From Owenia fusiformis (lineage: Eukaryota): a DNA stretch of 64,000 bases. The stretch lies in NCBI GenBank assembly GCA_903813345.2, contig CAIIXF020000001.1:9858001-9922000 (forward strand), in the 5' to 3' direction. Both the position numbers and the translations under genes were made by a program. How positions within the stretch are numbered: position 1 is the stretch's first letter; each line of letters begins with the position of its first letter. Of the stretch, positions 35,901 through 45,745 are shown in pieces. The notes under the pieces are model-generated. The model was not told where the DNA came from. It worked only from the letters and a program-made list of their open reading frames with translations, and ran no database searches.

Positions 35901-38900
35901 ATATATAACACATATATTGTGGCATTTATAGCCCATCAAATTAATACATGGAAATCGATGTTTTCAGTTACTGAGGCACTATATAAAAGTTCTTGATACG
36001 TGATCACTGTCAATAAAACACTAATTATAAGAGTCCTATATACGAAAATACTTGTACTCTCAATTGTCTCTTGAGCTCTGGACTTGTTCAATTCAGCTAG
36101 GTATAAATCTGGGAATAACAGTCTCTCATTACAGCTTCAGTGATTATGCCTTGGAATAACAGTCTCTCAATGAAGGCAAATCTCAAGCTGGCCTGAAATA
36201 AAATAACTAAGTCTGGAATCAACTTAGTTCCTCAATCAAGCTGGAGTTATCTAAACTAAGTCGGGAAATGGCAAAGTTCCTCAATATGTGGAATCTACCC
36301 AAGATTCCCCGTAGTTCCCAAATAAACTAAGTGTCTCGTACTTAGTTTCAATCAAAGTCATCCAGGTCGGGGGTGACACTATTCAACGTCCCCAACAGGC
36401 AACATCGATGAAGATCCTCTAAGTTCCTCAATATGTGGAATCTGCCTAAGATTCCCAGTAGCTCCTAAATAAACTAAGTGTCTCGTACTTAGTTACTCAA
36501 CAAGTGGAATCTGCCTAAGATCCCTGGTAGCTCCCAAATAAACTAAGTGTCTCGTACTTAGTTTTCATCAAAGTCATCCAGGTCAGGGGTGACACTATTC
36601 AACGTCCCCAACAGGCAACATCGATGAAGATCCTCTAAGTTCCTCAAGATGTGGAATCTGTCTAAGAATCCCAGTAGCTCCTAAATAAACTAAGTGTCTC
36701 GTACTTAGTTCCTCAACAAGTGGAATCTGCCTAAGATCCCTGGTAGCTCCCAAATAAACTAAGTGTCTCGTACTTAGTTTTCATCAAAGTCATCCAGGTC
36801 AGGGGTGACACTATTCAACGTCCCCAACAGGCAACATCGATGAAGATCCTTTAAGTTCCTCAATATGTGGAATCTGTCTAAGAATCCCAGTAGCTCCTAA
36901 ATAAACTAAGTGTCTCGTACTTAGTTCCTCAACAAGTGGAATCTGCCTAAGATCCCTGGTAGCTCCCAAATAAACTAAGTGTCTCGTACTTAGTTTTCAT
37001 CAAAGTCATCCAGGTCAGGGGTGACACTATTCAACGTCCCCAACAGGCAACATCGATGAAGATCCTTTAAGTTCCTCAATATGTGGAATCTGCCTAAGAT
37101 TCCCAATAGCTCCTAAATCGATGAAGATCCTCTAAGTTCTTCAATATGTGGAATCTGCCTAAGATTCCCAGTAGCTCCTAAATCGATGAAGATCCTTTAA
37201 GTTCCCCAATATGTGGAATCTGCCTAAGATTCCCTGTAGTTCCTAAATCGATGAAGATCCTTTAAGTTCCTCAATATGTGGAATCTGCCTAAGATTCCCT
37301 GTAGTTCCTAAATCGATGAAGATCCTTTAAGTTCCTCAATATGTGGAATCTGCCTAAGATTCCCAGTAGCTTCTAAATCGATGAAGATCCTTTAAGTTCC
37401 TCAATATGTGGAATCTGCCTAAGATTCCCTGTAGCTCCTAAATCGATGAAGATCCTCTAAGTTCTTCAATATGTGGAATCTGTCTAAGAATCCCAGTAGC
37501 TCCTAAATAAACTAAGTGTCTCGTACTTAGTTCCTCAACAAGTGGAATCTGCCTAAGATCCCTGGTAGCTCCCAAATAAACTAAGTGTCTCGTACTTAGT
37601 TTTCATCAAAGTCATCCAGGTCAGGGGTGACACTATTCAACGTCCCCAACAGGCAACATCGATGAAGATCCTTTAAGTTCCTCAATATGTGGAATCTGCC
37701 TAAGATTCCCAATAGCTCCTAAATCGATGAAGATCCTCTAAGTTCTTCAATATGTGGAATCTGCCTAAGATTCCCAGTAGCTCCTAAATCGATGAAGATC
37801 CTTTAAGTTCCCCAATATGTGGAATCTGCCTAAGATTCCCTGTAGTTCCTAAATCGATGAAGATCCTTTAAGTTCCTCAATATGTGGAATCTGCCTAAGA
37901 TTCCCTGTAGTTCCTAAATCGATGAAGATATTTTAAGTTCCTCAATATGTGGAATCTGCCTAAGATTCCCAGTAGCTTCTAAATCGATGAAGATCCTTTA
38001 AGTTCCTCAATATGTGGAATCTGCCTAAGATTCCCTGTAGCTCCTAAATCGATGAAGATCCTCTAAGTTCTTCAATATGTGGAATCTGCCTAAGATTCTC
38101 AGTAGTTCCTAAATAAACTAAGTGTCTCGTACTTAGTTTCCAACAAAGTCATCCATGTCGGGGGTGACACTATTCAACGTCCCCAACAGGCAACATCGAT
38201 GAAGATCCTCTAAGTTCCTCAATATGTGGAATCTGCCTAAGATTCCCTGTAGTTCCTAAATCGATGAAGATCCTTTAAGTTCCTCAATATGTGGAATCTG
38301 CCTAAGATTCCCTGTAGTTCCTAAATCGATGAAGATCCTTTAAATTCCTCAATATGTGGAATCTGCCTAAGATTCCCTGTAGTTCCTAAATCGATGAAGA
38401 TCCTTTAAGTTCCTCAATATGTGGAATCTGCCTAAGATTCCCAGTAGCTTCTAAATCGATGAAGATCCTTTAAGTTCCTCAATATGTGGAATCTGCCTAA
38501 GATTCCATGTAGTTCCTAAATCGATGAAGATCCTTTAAGTTCCTCAATATGTGGAATCTGCCTAAGATTCCCAGTAGTTCCTAAATAAACTAAGTGTCTC
38601 GTACTTAGTTTCCATTAAGTCATCCAGGTTGAGTGAAAATATTCTAAGTTCCTCAACAGCTCCTCCAAATGAGCTAAGTTTCTGGTACTTATTCTCACTT
38701 CAGTCAGGCTGGAATATTGTATAATCTATGTCGGGAAATGACAGAGTTTCTCAATCCGGCAAAGTTCCTCAATCAGGCTTGAGTTATATAGACAATGTCG
38801 GGAAATGACAGAGTTTCTCAGTCCAGCTGTATTTCCTCAATCAGGCTGGAATATTCCTCAATCCAGCAGAGTCCTTCAAACAGGCTGGAGTTGCATCAAC

Positions 38901-41900
38901 TATGTCGGGAAATGACAGAGTTTCTCAGTCCAGCTGTATTTCCTCAATCAGGCTGTAATATTCCTCAATCCAGCAGAGTCCTTCGAACAGGCTGGAGTTG
39001 TATCAACTATGTCGGGAAATGACAGAGTTTCTCAGTCCAGCTGTATTTCTTCAGTCAGGCTGGAATATTGTATAAACTATGTCGGGAAGTGACAGAGTTT
39101 CTCAATCCAGCAAAGTTCCTCAATCAGGCTGGAATAGTATGAACTTTGTCTGGGAATGGCAAAGTTCCTCAGTTCAGCAGTATTACTTCAGTCAGGCTGG
39201 AATATTGTATAAACTATGTCGGGAAATGACAGAGTTTCTCAATCCAGCAAAGTTTCTCAATCAGGCTGGAATATTATGAACTTTGTCTGGAAATGGCAAA
39301 GTTCCTCAGTCCAGCAGTATTTCTTCAGTTAGGCTGGAATATTGTATAAACTATGTCAGGAAGTGACAGAGTTTCTCAATCCAGCAAAGTTCCTCAATCA
39401 GGCTGGAACAGTATGAACTTTGTCTGGAAATGGCAAAGTTCCTCAGCCCAGCGGTATTACTTCAGTCAGGCTGGAATATTGTATAAACTATGTCGGGAAG
39501 TGACAGAGTTTCTCAATCCAGCAAAGTTCCTCAATCAGGCTGGAACAGTATGAACTTTGTCTGGAAATGGCAAAGTTCCTCAGTCCAGCAGTATTACTTC
39601 AGTCAGGCTGGAATATTGTATAAACTATGTCGGGAAATGACAAAGTTTCTCAATCCAGCAAAATTCCTCAATCAGGCTGGAATATTGTATAAACTATGTC
39701 GGGAAATGACAGAGTTTCTCAGTCCAGCTGTATTTCTTCAGTCAGGCTGGAATATTATGAACTATGCCTAGCCTGGAAGTGACAACGTTCCTCAATCCAG
39801 CCGTATTTCTTCAGTAGGCTGGAATATTCCTCAATCCAGCAAAGTTCCTCAATCAGGCTGGAATATTCCTCAATCCAGCAGAGTCCTTCAAACAGGCTGG
39901 AGTTGTATCAACTATGTCGGGAAATGACAGAGTTTCTCAGTCCAGCTGTATCTCTTCAGTCAGGCTGGAATATTGTATAAACTATGTCGGGAAATGACAG
40001 AGTTTCTCAATCCAGCTGTACTTCTTCAGTCAGCAAATTGATGAAAAATAATCGATCTAAAAATAGCTAAGTTTCTCAAGTTAGCTAAATTATGAAAAGA
40101 ATAATGTAAGTTTCTCAATCTCAAAAAAATATCAAAGTTTCTCAAGTTAGCTAAATTATGGAAAGAATAATGTAAGTTTCTCAATCTCAAAAATATCAAA
40201 GTTTCTCAAGTTAACAATAGAAAAACATAAGTTGCTTAATAACGCCTGAAAATACAAGTTTCTGGCACTCCTTCTCAATCAGGCTGGAATAATGCAAACT
40301 AAGTCTGGTATTGACAAAGTTTCTCGATCCAGCAGTAATTCTTCAGTCGGGTTGAAATATTCTAAAACCTTGCCTGGAAATGACAAAGTTTCTCAGTTCA
40401 GCAGTATTTCATCAAACGGGCTGGAATATTCTAAACTATGCCTGGAAATGACAAAGTTTCTCGGTCCAGCAGTAATTCTTCAATCGGGCTAAAATATTCT
40501 AAAACTTTGCCTGGTAATGACAAAGTTTCTCAGTTCAGTAGTATTTCATCAAACGGGCTGGAATATTCTAAACTATGCCTGGAAATGACAAAGTTTCTCG
40601 GTCCAGCAGTACTACTTCAATCAGGCTGGAGTTATCTAGACTATGTCTGGAAATGACAAAGTTCCTCGATCCAGCAGTATTTCTTCAAACAGGCTGGAAT
40701 ATTCTAAACTATGTCTGGAAATGACAAAGTTCCTCGATCCAGCAAATCTTCTAAGTTTCTCATCAATCCTCAAATGAAACACTGGCACGGGAGATGTGTT
40801 CCAACCAAAAGTTGCCTACGTGTCTGATAGGAGCGATCCGGGCTCTGTATTTATACCCCAGACAGGTTTTGCACACGAACCTAACAAGTGATTAGTGGGC
40901 TGATGCAATACCTCGTCACCGGATGTAATCACTGAATCAGGATATTAGTTTCGTAAAAATAACTGGCTTCACTTACAAATCACGATCTCGGCTTTTACAC
41001 CCAATATCAATACATGTTTGGTACATAATCAACAAGATTATAGTATAAACTCAATAAATATAACCATAAATGATCGCTATCTAGTCTAATTACACTTCGA
41101 TTTGATCGAATTGAAAGCAGGAAGTGATAATTTCTGTAAAATGATAGTCGAGAGTTCTCGATCAACCGTAACCATAGTCACTGGTAAAACTACCCGATCA
41201 ACATTAACCAAATCTGAACTCGATAAAATAAAAAGTTGCTAACACCTCTGTAAGTACAAATAAAGTGCTTTAATCGATACTACAATCAAAGATCTTAATA
41301 ATCTCAACTGTGAAGCACTTAAATCAAAAAATTTAAAATCAAAATTTTGTTACACTTCCTTGGCGGAAATAAATGTTCTTCGTTCAAAAGAAATCACCTT
41401 GGAACTCTAAGCATTTTTGTAACAAATAAATGACTTTCCTGCTCAATGTAGTGACATTTACCACTGTCAGGAACAATAGGTGGCTAATATTAATTCTATG
41501 ATAAAATGTTTGAGATTTGAATTTAAAAAGTGCTGAATTGACGTTAGAAGTGTTTATGCCCAGTAGACCGATCAATAAGCTACTGTCCATTCATTAAATT
41601 ATAGGTACGTTTGAGGGATAATTTTATACTTATTGATATTTTTATATTGCCAGATTCTCACTTATGGTTGATGTGATGGGTAAATCATTTACAGGGTGGG
41701 CCAAAAATGGTTTGTATGTGAAGGCAAATTCCAAGTTTCCAGTTACCTTTTGATATTACAAGTTTAGTAATTTTAGAATTGACCCACATATTTTCTGAAA
41801 TAATTTCTAAATATTTTGAACTGAACTGGAATAATTCTATATTTTGTCACTGAGTTCTACAAGTTTTGATATATGTATGTATGTATATTTTGAGTTATCT

Positions 41901-44091
41901 ATATATGTATATATTCAGAAAAAATATTCCAGGATGATAAATATTAGATTCAACTGATTGACTCTTTCTAAGTTTACCTGTGCATGATTTTCACAAAAAA
42001 TATTTTTTCCTATATTTTGTCATTAAATTCTTCAAATTTTAACATAATATATCTATATACTTGTATGTATCTTTTCAGAAAAAATATTCCAGGATGAAAA
42101 ATATTACATTCAACTGATTGGCTCCTTCTAAGTTTACTTGTGCATGATTTTCACATTTGCATAAACTTTACTTTGCCAATTGCCTGAAAGTTAAGAGGCT
42201 AGCTGGGAAACAAAGGTCTCTCTTTGACATATAGTGGAACGTGTAAAGCGGAATACTTCTAGAAGTGGAACACCTTTAGTGGAATACTTCGGAGTCCCAA
42301 GATGAACTGTCTTATTGTTGAATGAACCTCTATAAGTTGAACACCTCCCAAGTGCAACATTTTCTTGAGGTGCTAAATGTTTTCCACTTTAATACACAGG
42401 TTTAACTATACAAAGTAAAACTTTGAAAACCAAATAGAAAAGAAAGTTAATATATGCACACGTTGAACTACTTTAATTAATGTATCTTTGTACCAAGTGT
42501 ATTGATTTGTAACAGTTTTACTTAGAAATCAGTCAATTGATGCAAATCAGTCTTTTATTTGTTGATTGGAATGACTTTGAAAAATGGAAAATTGATTCTT
42601 AAGTATTGGCTAAAGAATTTATAATATTGCCTTGAGCACTTTTTTGCCAGGAAAAAAACATTCAGTGTTCATAGGTGTTAACTACTGAGATGGTAATTTA
42701 TACAGAAGTCAGTAGAGTATGTGTGGAGGAAGGGTCTCTACTAGGGACAGTTATTCACTAGACAGCGGTGTTCACTAAGACAAGTTTTACTGTACTTTTA
42801 ATTTGGTATTGTTTATTTTAATGACATTGAAAATATATGTTGAATTGAATTCAAATATCAAATATTTGTTCAGGTTTCCAAATTAATCTAATCTTGATCT
42901 GAAGTCAGATAAAAAAGGATTGTAATAACAAATATTAATTCATATAAATTTAATTAACCTTTAGGGGATTATTGTTGATCTCTGTTAAATCATCATTTGA
43001 AATCAATGATTGAATGCATTGGTTAAACAGCCTAAGGATTGAGTCTTTTTTATTATCAAAAGATGAAAACCTTATATGATCACTGCAGGGACACACCTTG
43101 ATTTTGACATGATTGAGATTTTTTTTTATTGGAACTTTTTGAAAAGGCTCACTTAAAATTAGGCCTATTCTTCAAAACATTTAACCTATTTTGGCCCAAA
43201 ATTGAAAACAAACTCTTTTAAGTATATAAATACATGTGATTTCTTTTTGGTAGGATCATCCAGTGGTAATCATAATATGCATTGTAATTAGAAATAAGAC
43301 TTAGGAGATACATGTACAGTGTATAGTACAAAAGGTGTGACCATTAATAATTGATTTAAATTTCATATTCCAGAGCTTTTGATTAACCCTGAGGCAGATC
43401 GGAACACATTTATACTTGTTGAAATGAATGGAATAATTCACCTTAAACATTGTAAGTGAACTGTACTAAATGTTTACCGATAAAAAACTTTGAAATTGAT
43501 TGATCTGTGTGTTTGCATTAGACAGAGGCCAGTTATAAAATTAATTCCCAATTTTTATTCAAATTATGTAATAAAAATTATACTGACTGATTTTATGTCA
43601 TTACAAAGAAATGGTGACATATAGTCATCATTTTTTGAGATTGGGATTTAGCATCATCTTCATAACAATATTTCTAGTTTTACAAATGGTGACATTTTTT
43701 ATGCCGGTACATTGTTTTTTTGAATCACATCAAAGTATGATTATTGAAGAATTTCTGATTGGATTATTCAAGCATAAATGAAATTTTACGCTTTTTACAA
43801 TTTGCAATAAGTTACCAAGTGATGACATTTTGTCGTATAAAAGAAACAAAAATTCTTACCGTCCTTTCCTTCATTGGCCAGTAAGTTATCGGGAGAAAAT
43901 GATGACACACATCCACGTATATCATTGCAAGAATACCACAGTCCTACATTATGGAAGCCTCCAAACTTTAGGGTACTCTTGCGTGTGGCCCAATAATTTG
44001 TCCCTACAGCAATAGAGTGTAGTGTTATTGAGATTAAATGCATCGCAAAACAGATTTTAACTCGAATTGTTACCTTCCCTGAGTTTGACAT
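14901..44091 (-). CDS. PMP22/EMP/MP20/claudin-family tetraspan membrane protein, ~233 aa, 3 coding exons (44091-43860, 16503-16348, 15214-14901)
   Basis: Exon 1 has TM1 followed by W...GLW..C.....C (claudin/PMP22 extracellular-loop signature). Exons 2-3 are hydrophobic TM segments. All junctions are GT-AG and phase 1; total 702 nt, open to TAA. Joining across the 27-kb intron is inferred from phase and family topology. Confidence 0.75.
18230..18310 (+). promoter_or_regulatory. Putative LTR core promoter with TATA box (TATAAATA 18303-18310)
   Basis: The block gtattgcatcagccca.taatcacttg.taggttcgtgtgcaaaacct...gtctggggtataaata is conserved in element 2 (TATA at 40855-40848, minus). Confidence 0.7.
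18391..19385 (+). repeat. Tandem array inside element-1 LTR (~30-bp monomers in 65-bp and 85-89-bp higher-order units); second copy at 23598-24592
   Basis: Recurrent core GA(G/T)G(G/A)ACTT(A/T)G. 65-bp units at 18456/18521/18586; gaggaactttgtagat at 18857/18944/19033/19118. Confidence 0.9.
19667..19685 (+). other. Primer-binding site complementary to the tRNA-Leu 3' end
   Basis: TGGTGGCAGCGGTGGGATT, 1 nt after the LTR; complement of ...AAUCCCACCGCUGCCACCA of eukaryotic tRNA-Leu (AAG/TAG type). Confidence 0.9.
19733..22615 (+). CDS. gag: Gag-protease polyprotein (960 aa): N-terminal coiled-coil extension, capsid, CCHC knuckle, aspartic protease, basic C-tail
   Basis: Capsid-like KPDVYNG..WQDY..YFE.C..AN.W, knuckle CFYCNKIGHKIADC, protease FLVDSGA...ILGTDYL. 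No RT/RNase H/integrase motifs. Confidence 0.9.
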   Translation: MEKEQDVPSPPVVEDMTDMESETIRKTDKVGIDNPRVNDNTMPVPGYDLTQGESPGPRLKTVKLDTREMGLPSLWSTGYWTGKVLDTSPISSDDEEPQRRHRFPLTSTAADIESVSFREKGDRMRQNLNWIQGKLESRMDVLSEAMIAQQKQMQKLAETQQECMTQVVNTQKSLMLGLTESQKTQIQNIRQIAEQVRCSQDNQEAQFQGLKGQMKNFQQTMENSIIEKLQHSLSIELGAPDTSEKPQLLGNVRSHSSHVAQTQSPVISAGRDEYPTVRTQLTIRSKDSFTQTPLASGVKRPQKLIRQGRNSLRPGEELMEHHAKGLTQQPKDLEGLSQVEYRLGSEQADFTSAQNFPRYPDEEIDNLTRYIPPKVASNLNQANTVDDGLVKTETTNGSDLSTELIKMCSKLCDKVSKDNSEKASKSRIKPDVYNGTTPWQDYRAYFEICAEANNWTEEDKRRFLATSLRGPAQQMVLELGQDYSYEQLLLALEKRFGPGGKAEVYEAELVGRIRKPKETLQSLGQDIRRLTSLAYPEMSRTAQDRLARRSFEQAILEEEIRRAIRTKDCSTLDKAIEVALKEESYMESERIRKGQKPKWSQVNALEDKDDELQKLVKLVEGIKLDTQKSIQTECSRNLGKMIELLAKPNKTETETTGQPVRKFKCFYCNKIGHKIADCYSRKRAEEQTKETPEKSSQVATVRFQLLQGKNVKSYKDTQKIVAHGRVCDTDVAFLVDSGAVSTILSSEVYRKIPEHRRPKMEPPKKIIVQAGGEPLGVKGVVQTGVSLDNHEETLTVVVADIQFDGILGTDYLAASSAILDYGQGTMTMGPENSKIAPARALEVTISNDQHRRIEDRRFAGPEPTSEVLQPQRSPMRVTLGLGDRSHFRGPSNIRGKRLCQYTGDREGYDCNPSSNVCMTRSCPVKVPRARVYRGRYHRTRQRSETDSDWRNYHYSSNMKH
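22937..22948 (+). other. Polypurine tract of element 1
   Basis: ggatgggaggag immediately before the 3' LTR TGTAAC. Confidence 0.85.
22949..24872 (+). repeat. 3' LTR of element 1 (1924 bp)
   Basis: Copy of 17742-19665, followed by TSD AAAG. Confidence 0.95.
25699..26139. mobile_element. Possible MITE with imperfect ~21-bp TIRs
   Basis: caatagactagatgcgagtag ... ctactcgcatctgcgttattg; 'gt' on both flanks. Confidence 0.45.
26932..32508 (-). repeat. 3' LTR of element 2 (5577 bp)
   Basis: Near-identical to 35778-41354; one substitution seen (27810 T vs 36656 A). Confidence 0.95.
27360..31920 (-). repeat. Composite tandem array in element-2 3' LTR (64-65, 216 and 606-bp periods; then 68-69/137-bp periods)
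   Basis: atcgatgaagatcc at 27558/27774/27990/28206 (216 bp), 28401/28466 (65 bp), 28206/28812 (606 bp); tgacaaagtttctc at 31535/31603/31672/31740 (68-69 bp). Confidence 0.95.
32509..32520 (-). other. Polypurine tract of element 2
   Basis: Minus strand ggattggaggag abutting the 3' LTR. Confidence 0.85.
32814..35720 (-). CDS. gag: Gag-protease polyprotein (968 aa from ATG 35720; the ORF track extends to a GTG at 35753)
   Basis: Collinear homolog of 19733-22615; knuckle CFYCHKPGHRIADC, protease FLVDSGA...ILGTDFL; no pol domains. Confidence 0.9.
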   Translation of the reverse strand: MEQDSNLPPPLDVEGVGDGDLEKTVFFKNDAMEIDNPGAADATVQEMRDTDTQSDTFGKVTHLEGARPKTPETDVEKRGLPSSWSTGYWTGGVMIDAKTPFEPSNQNVGDPPRRPRFPLTSTALGRPARSLREEDTLRKDLTMVESKFEQKMDIFSETLVAQQRQMQKIAETQQKCMTQVVETQKKLVIGLTESQNTQIHNINQIAEQVRIGQDHQEAQLQEMKGQMENFQNAMEKSIINQIQSNMPVEFRTTPGKSQTLGDVSGHCRSEARIQKPAISVRRDPNQTERMQPISMSKASSIQVPSTSGVKRPWRLLRQDRFCQRPDTELPPDNAADCNQQPKDGGLGPMEDWLERGHGGDIPTPHLPQCQEELDDVQETSSPKRHNTIERPEKMENVNDSHLSTELIKMCSQLCAKLSKETLGTSSKSRIKPDVYNGNTPWQDYRAYFEICGEANKWSEEDKRQFLATSLRGPAQQMVLEMGQDYTYDQLLLALEKRFGPGGKAEVYEAELVGRIRKPKETLQTLGQDIRRLTALAYPEMSRAAQDRLARRSFEQAILEEEIRRAIHAKECNTLDKAIEVALKEESYIESERIRKGQKPKFRVNAIDTEEEYCNSISTPDNKEDVFQKMAQMVKQMQQAVQETCTRNLEKMVDLIKLTKSDSTNRVNMNNKPKCFYCHKPGHRIADCYSRKRVEERDKAAQERSSQIATVEFLSLQGNGVQSSKDTQKIVAHGIVCDTNVSFLVDSGAASTIMSSTVYQNIPKRKRPQLKPPKKTILQAGGQLLHMEGVIPVSLKIDGHVQNLEVVVADIHFEGILGTDFLAASGAVLNYRECKMTFEPENPGSFDDHQVDSGMPKDGESEVKHRQGGRREKLRLRNRSPQPKRTAADRTDFSRFRGQRRDMDKRFCKVSGQSEDFYHRIPSQDDDKRTSPVKVPLAKVYRGRYLRTHPGRDIYDDWRDRCYSPTVKP
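35759..35776 (-). other. Primer-binding site, tRNA-Leu
   Basis: Minus strand TGGTGGCAGCGGTGGGAT, 1 nt after the 5' LTR; identical to element 1. Confidence 0.9.
35778..41354 (-). repeat. 5' LTR of element 2 (5577 bp; array ~36206-40766)
   Basis: Copy of 26932-32508; adjacent to the PBS on one side and TSD CTTC on the other. Confidence 0.95.
40848..40915 (-). promoter_or_regulatory. Putative LTR core promoter/TATA of element 2
   Basis: Minus strand ggtattgcatcagcccactaatcacttgttaggttcgtgtgcaaaacctgtctggggTATAAATA, conserved with element 1. Confidence 0.7.
41895..42155. repeat. Degenerate ~160-bp tandem duplication
   Basis: ttcagaaaaaatattccaggatga...tgtgcatgattttcaca at 41914 and 42074. Confidence 0.7.
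42230..42410. mobile_element. Right-end relic of the same Tc1/pogo-type family as 2331-2425
   Basis: Repeated agtggaacacct motifs; diverged reverse complement of 2331-2425. Confidence 0.45.
43591..43721 (+). mobile_element. Minimal HINE-like element related to 6727-8676
   Basis: ttttatgtcattacaaagaaatggtgacatatag (5' subTIR hairpin) ... aaatggtgacattttttatgccggtacattgttttttt (3' subTIR, short palindrome, T-run). Confidence 0.5.
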
Positions 44092-45745
44092 TCCTGGGAA
44101 GCTGATTTGTACTTTTTCATTATTGTTGTTTTAATGTTTGTAAGCTGGTCAGTTATGTCTTGTTTTAAATCCTATTATTTGAGGTCTCATAATCCTGAAG
44201 TCCATTTTTCTATTGATGGTCTTGTTGTGAAAATCTGCAAAACTATAAAACTGTACAGTTATGATAGCTAGTTGTCAATTCATTCAAATGTATTACTTAG
44301 GCTAACACTTCATCGACCATTAAAATTACATGAACCATATGCCTTTGTTCTCAGTAGGCTTTGATTTTATTACCTGGATATTCCAAGGAAATAGAATTAC
44401 AGAAACTGAATTCAAATATCAATAATTTCCTTTCTTGTCGTAGATTGTAGATGCTATGATATTTCCAGCTCTTTACTGTTTATGGTATTGCACTGCACGT
44501 TTGTTCTTTAAATCATCCTCTACTTTGATGTAAATCTTTTTTTCTGTTTCAAACCACCTGACATCTTTGCAATAAACTTATTCATGACATCCTAGGTAAG
44601 TCTATTGTGTTGACTGATCTTAAGTCTCTATCGAGTTGATATATTGATCCAAGTTTCACTCAACAGATCTCCCAGCTCACGTTACTCGAATCACCTTGAC
44701 TATTGAATTAATTCACAAGTATGTTTTTGCAAAATCTCAAAAACAATTGAAGCTGTCATTTCAACAAGTTACAGCCTAAAATCATAATGAATACATTTTT
44801 TGAGAGACGAATGTATTACTTTAATTTCATTTAAGGAGCGAATCATTCAACAGGTTCTTGCCGGTAACTAATTCATAGAGAATCTGCTTCTCTAATTAAT
44901 CATTGGCAGATATCAAATTTTATTTGATTGATTTTGTGTTGCGAATTCTTCGTCATATTTCTGGTGCCTTGATATTATGTGAATGAGAAATATTACATTT
45001 ACTTGGTTGAGGTTGTATCTTGAAAAAATGTCTCATCAAAGCAAAAATAAACATATCAAGGATAAAAGACTTTAAAGACTAATTCTTGATTTAAAAATGA
45101 TCAGATTAATTTAAATTTAATTGTGTTCAGAAATAAGATTTATTTTTCTGATCTTAATGAAAGAGAAACTTCCAGCTGGTGTTGAGGTTAGAGTACAGCT
45201 TAACTAGTTCAAAGAAATAAAATGTATATTTCATAAAAACTGTCAAATAATTCTTTTCAATGTTTATCCAAGCTGTTACCTAATCACTTCTGAGAACGTG
45301 TCCATGGTAATAGTGGCCATCAGATTGAATAAATGTCTATGTTTGTAATTAAAATACAGGTGTGTAGAAGATAATCATTTCCCAGAATTATGGTATGAAT
45401 CAAATAAGATTCCCTGAATTACATGTATGTAAATAAACAATCAAAATGTGAAATTAGGTACATGTATTAGCAAAATCATGGCATTCTAGGCAGATGAACA
45501 ATATACATATACATGCTATGTATTGTAAAATAAAACATGCAATAAAGGATGAATTTTAAAAAATTCCCAGAATTATGTGATTCACCATAGGATGACTGTA
45601 TGCAATAATTTTGCACATTGTGGTTATAAATACATAACTTTTATAATTTAAATAGTACAGTATTATAAAAAATCTTCTTTTTGTCAGCCAATAATGGCTT
45701 CGGGAAAAATTATACTTAAAAAAAATTTGTATTTGTATTTGCATT

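Larger units (their letters stand above)
26932..41354 (-). mobile_element. LTR element 2: Ty3/Gypsy-like, non-autonomous (gag-protease only), 14423 bp with 5577-bp LTRs
   Basis: Direct repeats 26932-32508 and 35778-41354 (offset 8846), TG..CA ends, TSD CTTC (26928-26931 / 41355-41358), PBS 35776-35759, PPT 32520-32509, single ORF homologous to that of element 1. Confidence 0.95.

Noticed and set aside
26932-41354. 5.6-kb duplication as a mis-assembly or segmental duplication
   Set aside because: TG..CA ends, correctly placed PBS and PPT, matching TSD and at least one LTR-LTR substitution indicate a real LTR element. Exact array length still deserves read validation.
2331-42410. One giant 40-kb DNA transposon bounded by the inverted relics at 2331 and 42410
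   Set aside because: The ends are clearly diverged, would cut through the claudin-like gene, and a similar end also occurs at ~42770-42793. Independent relics are more likely.
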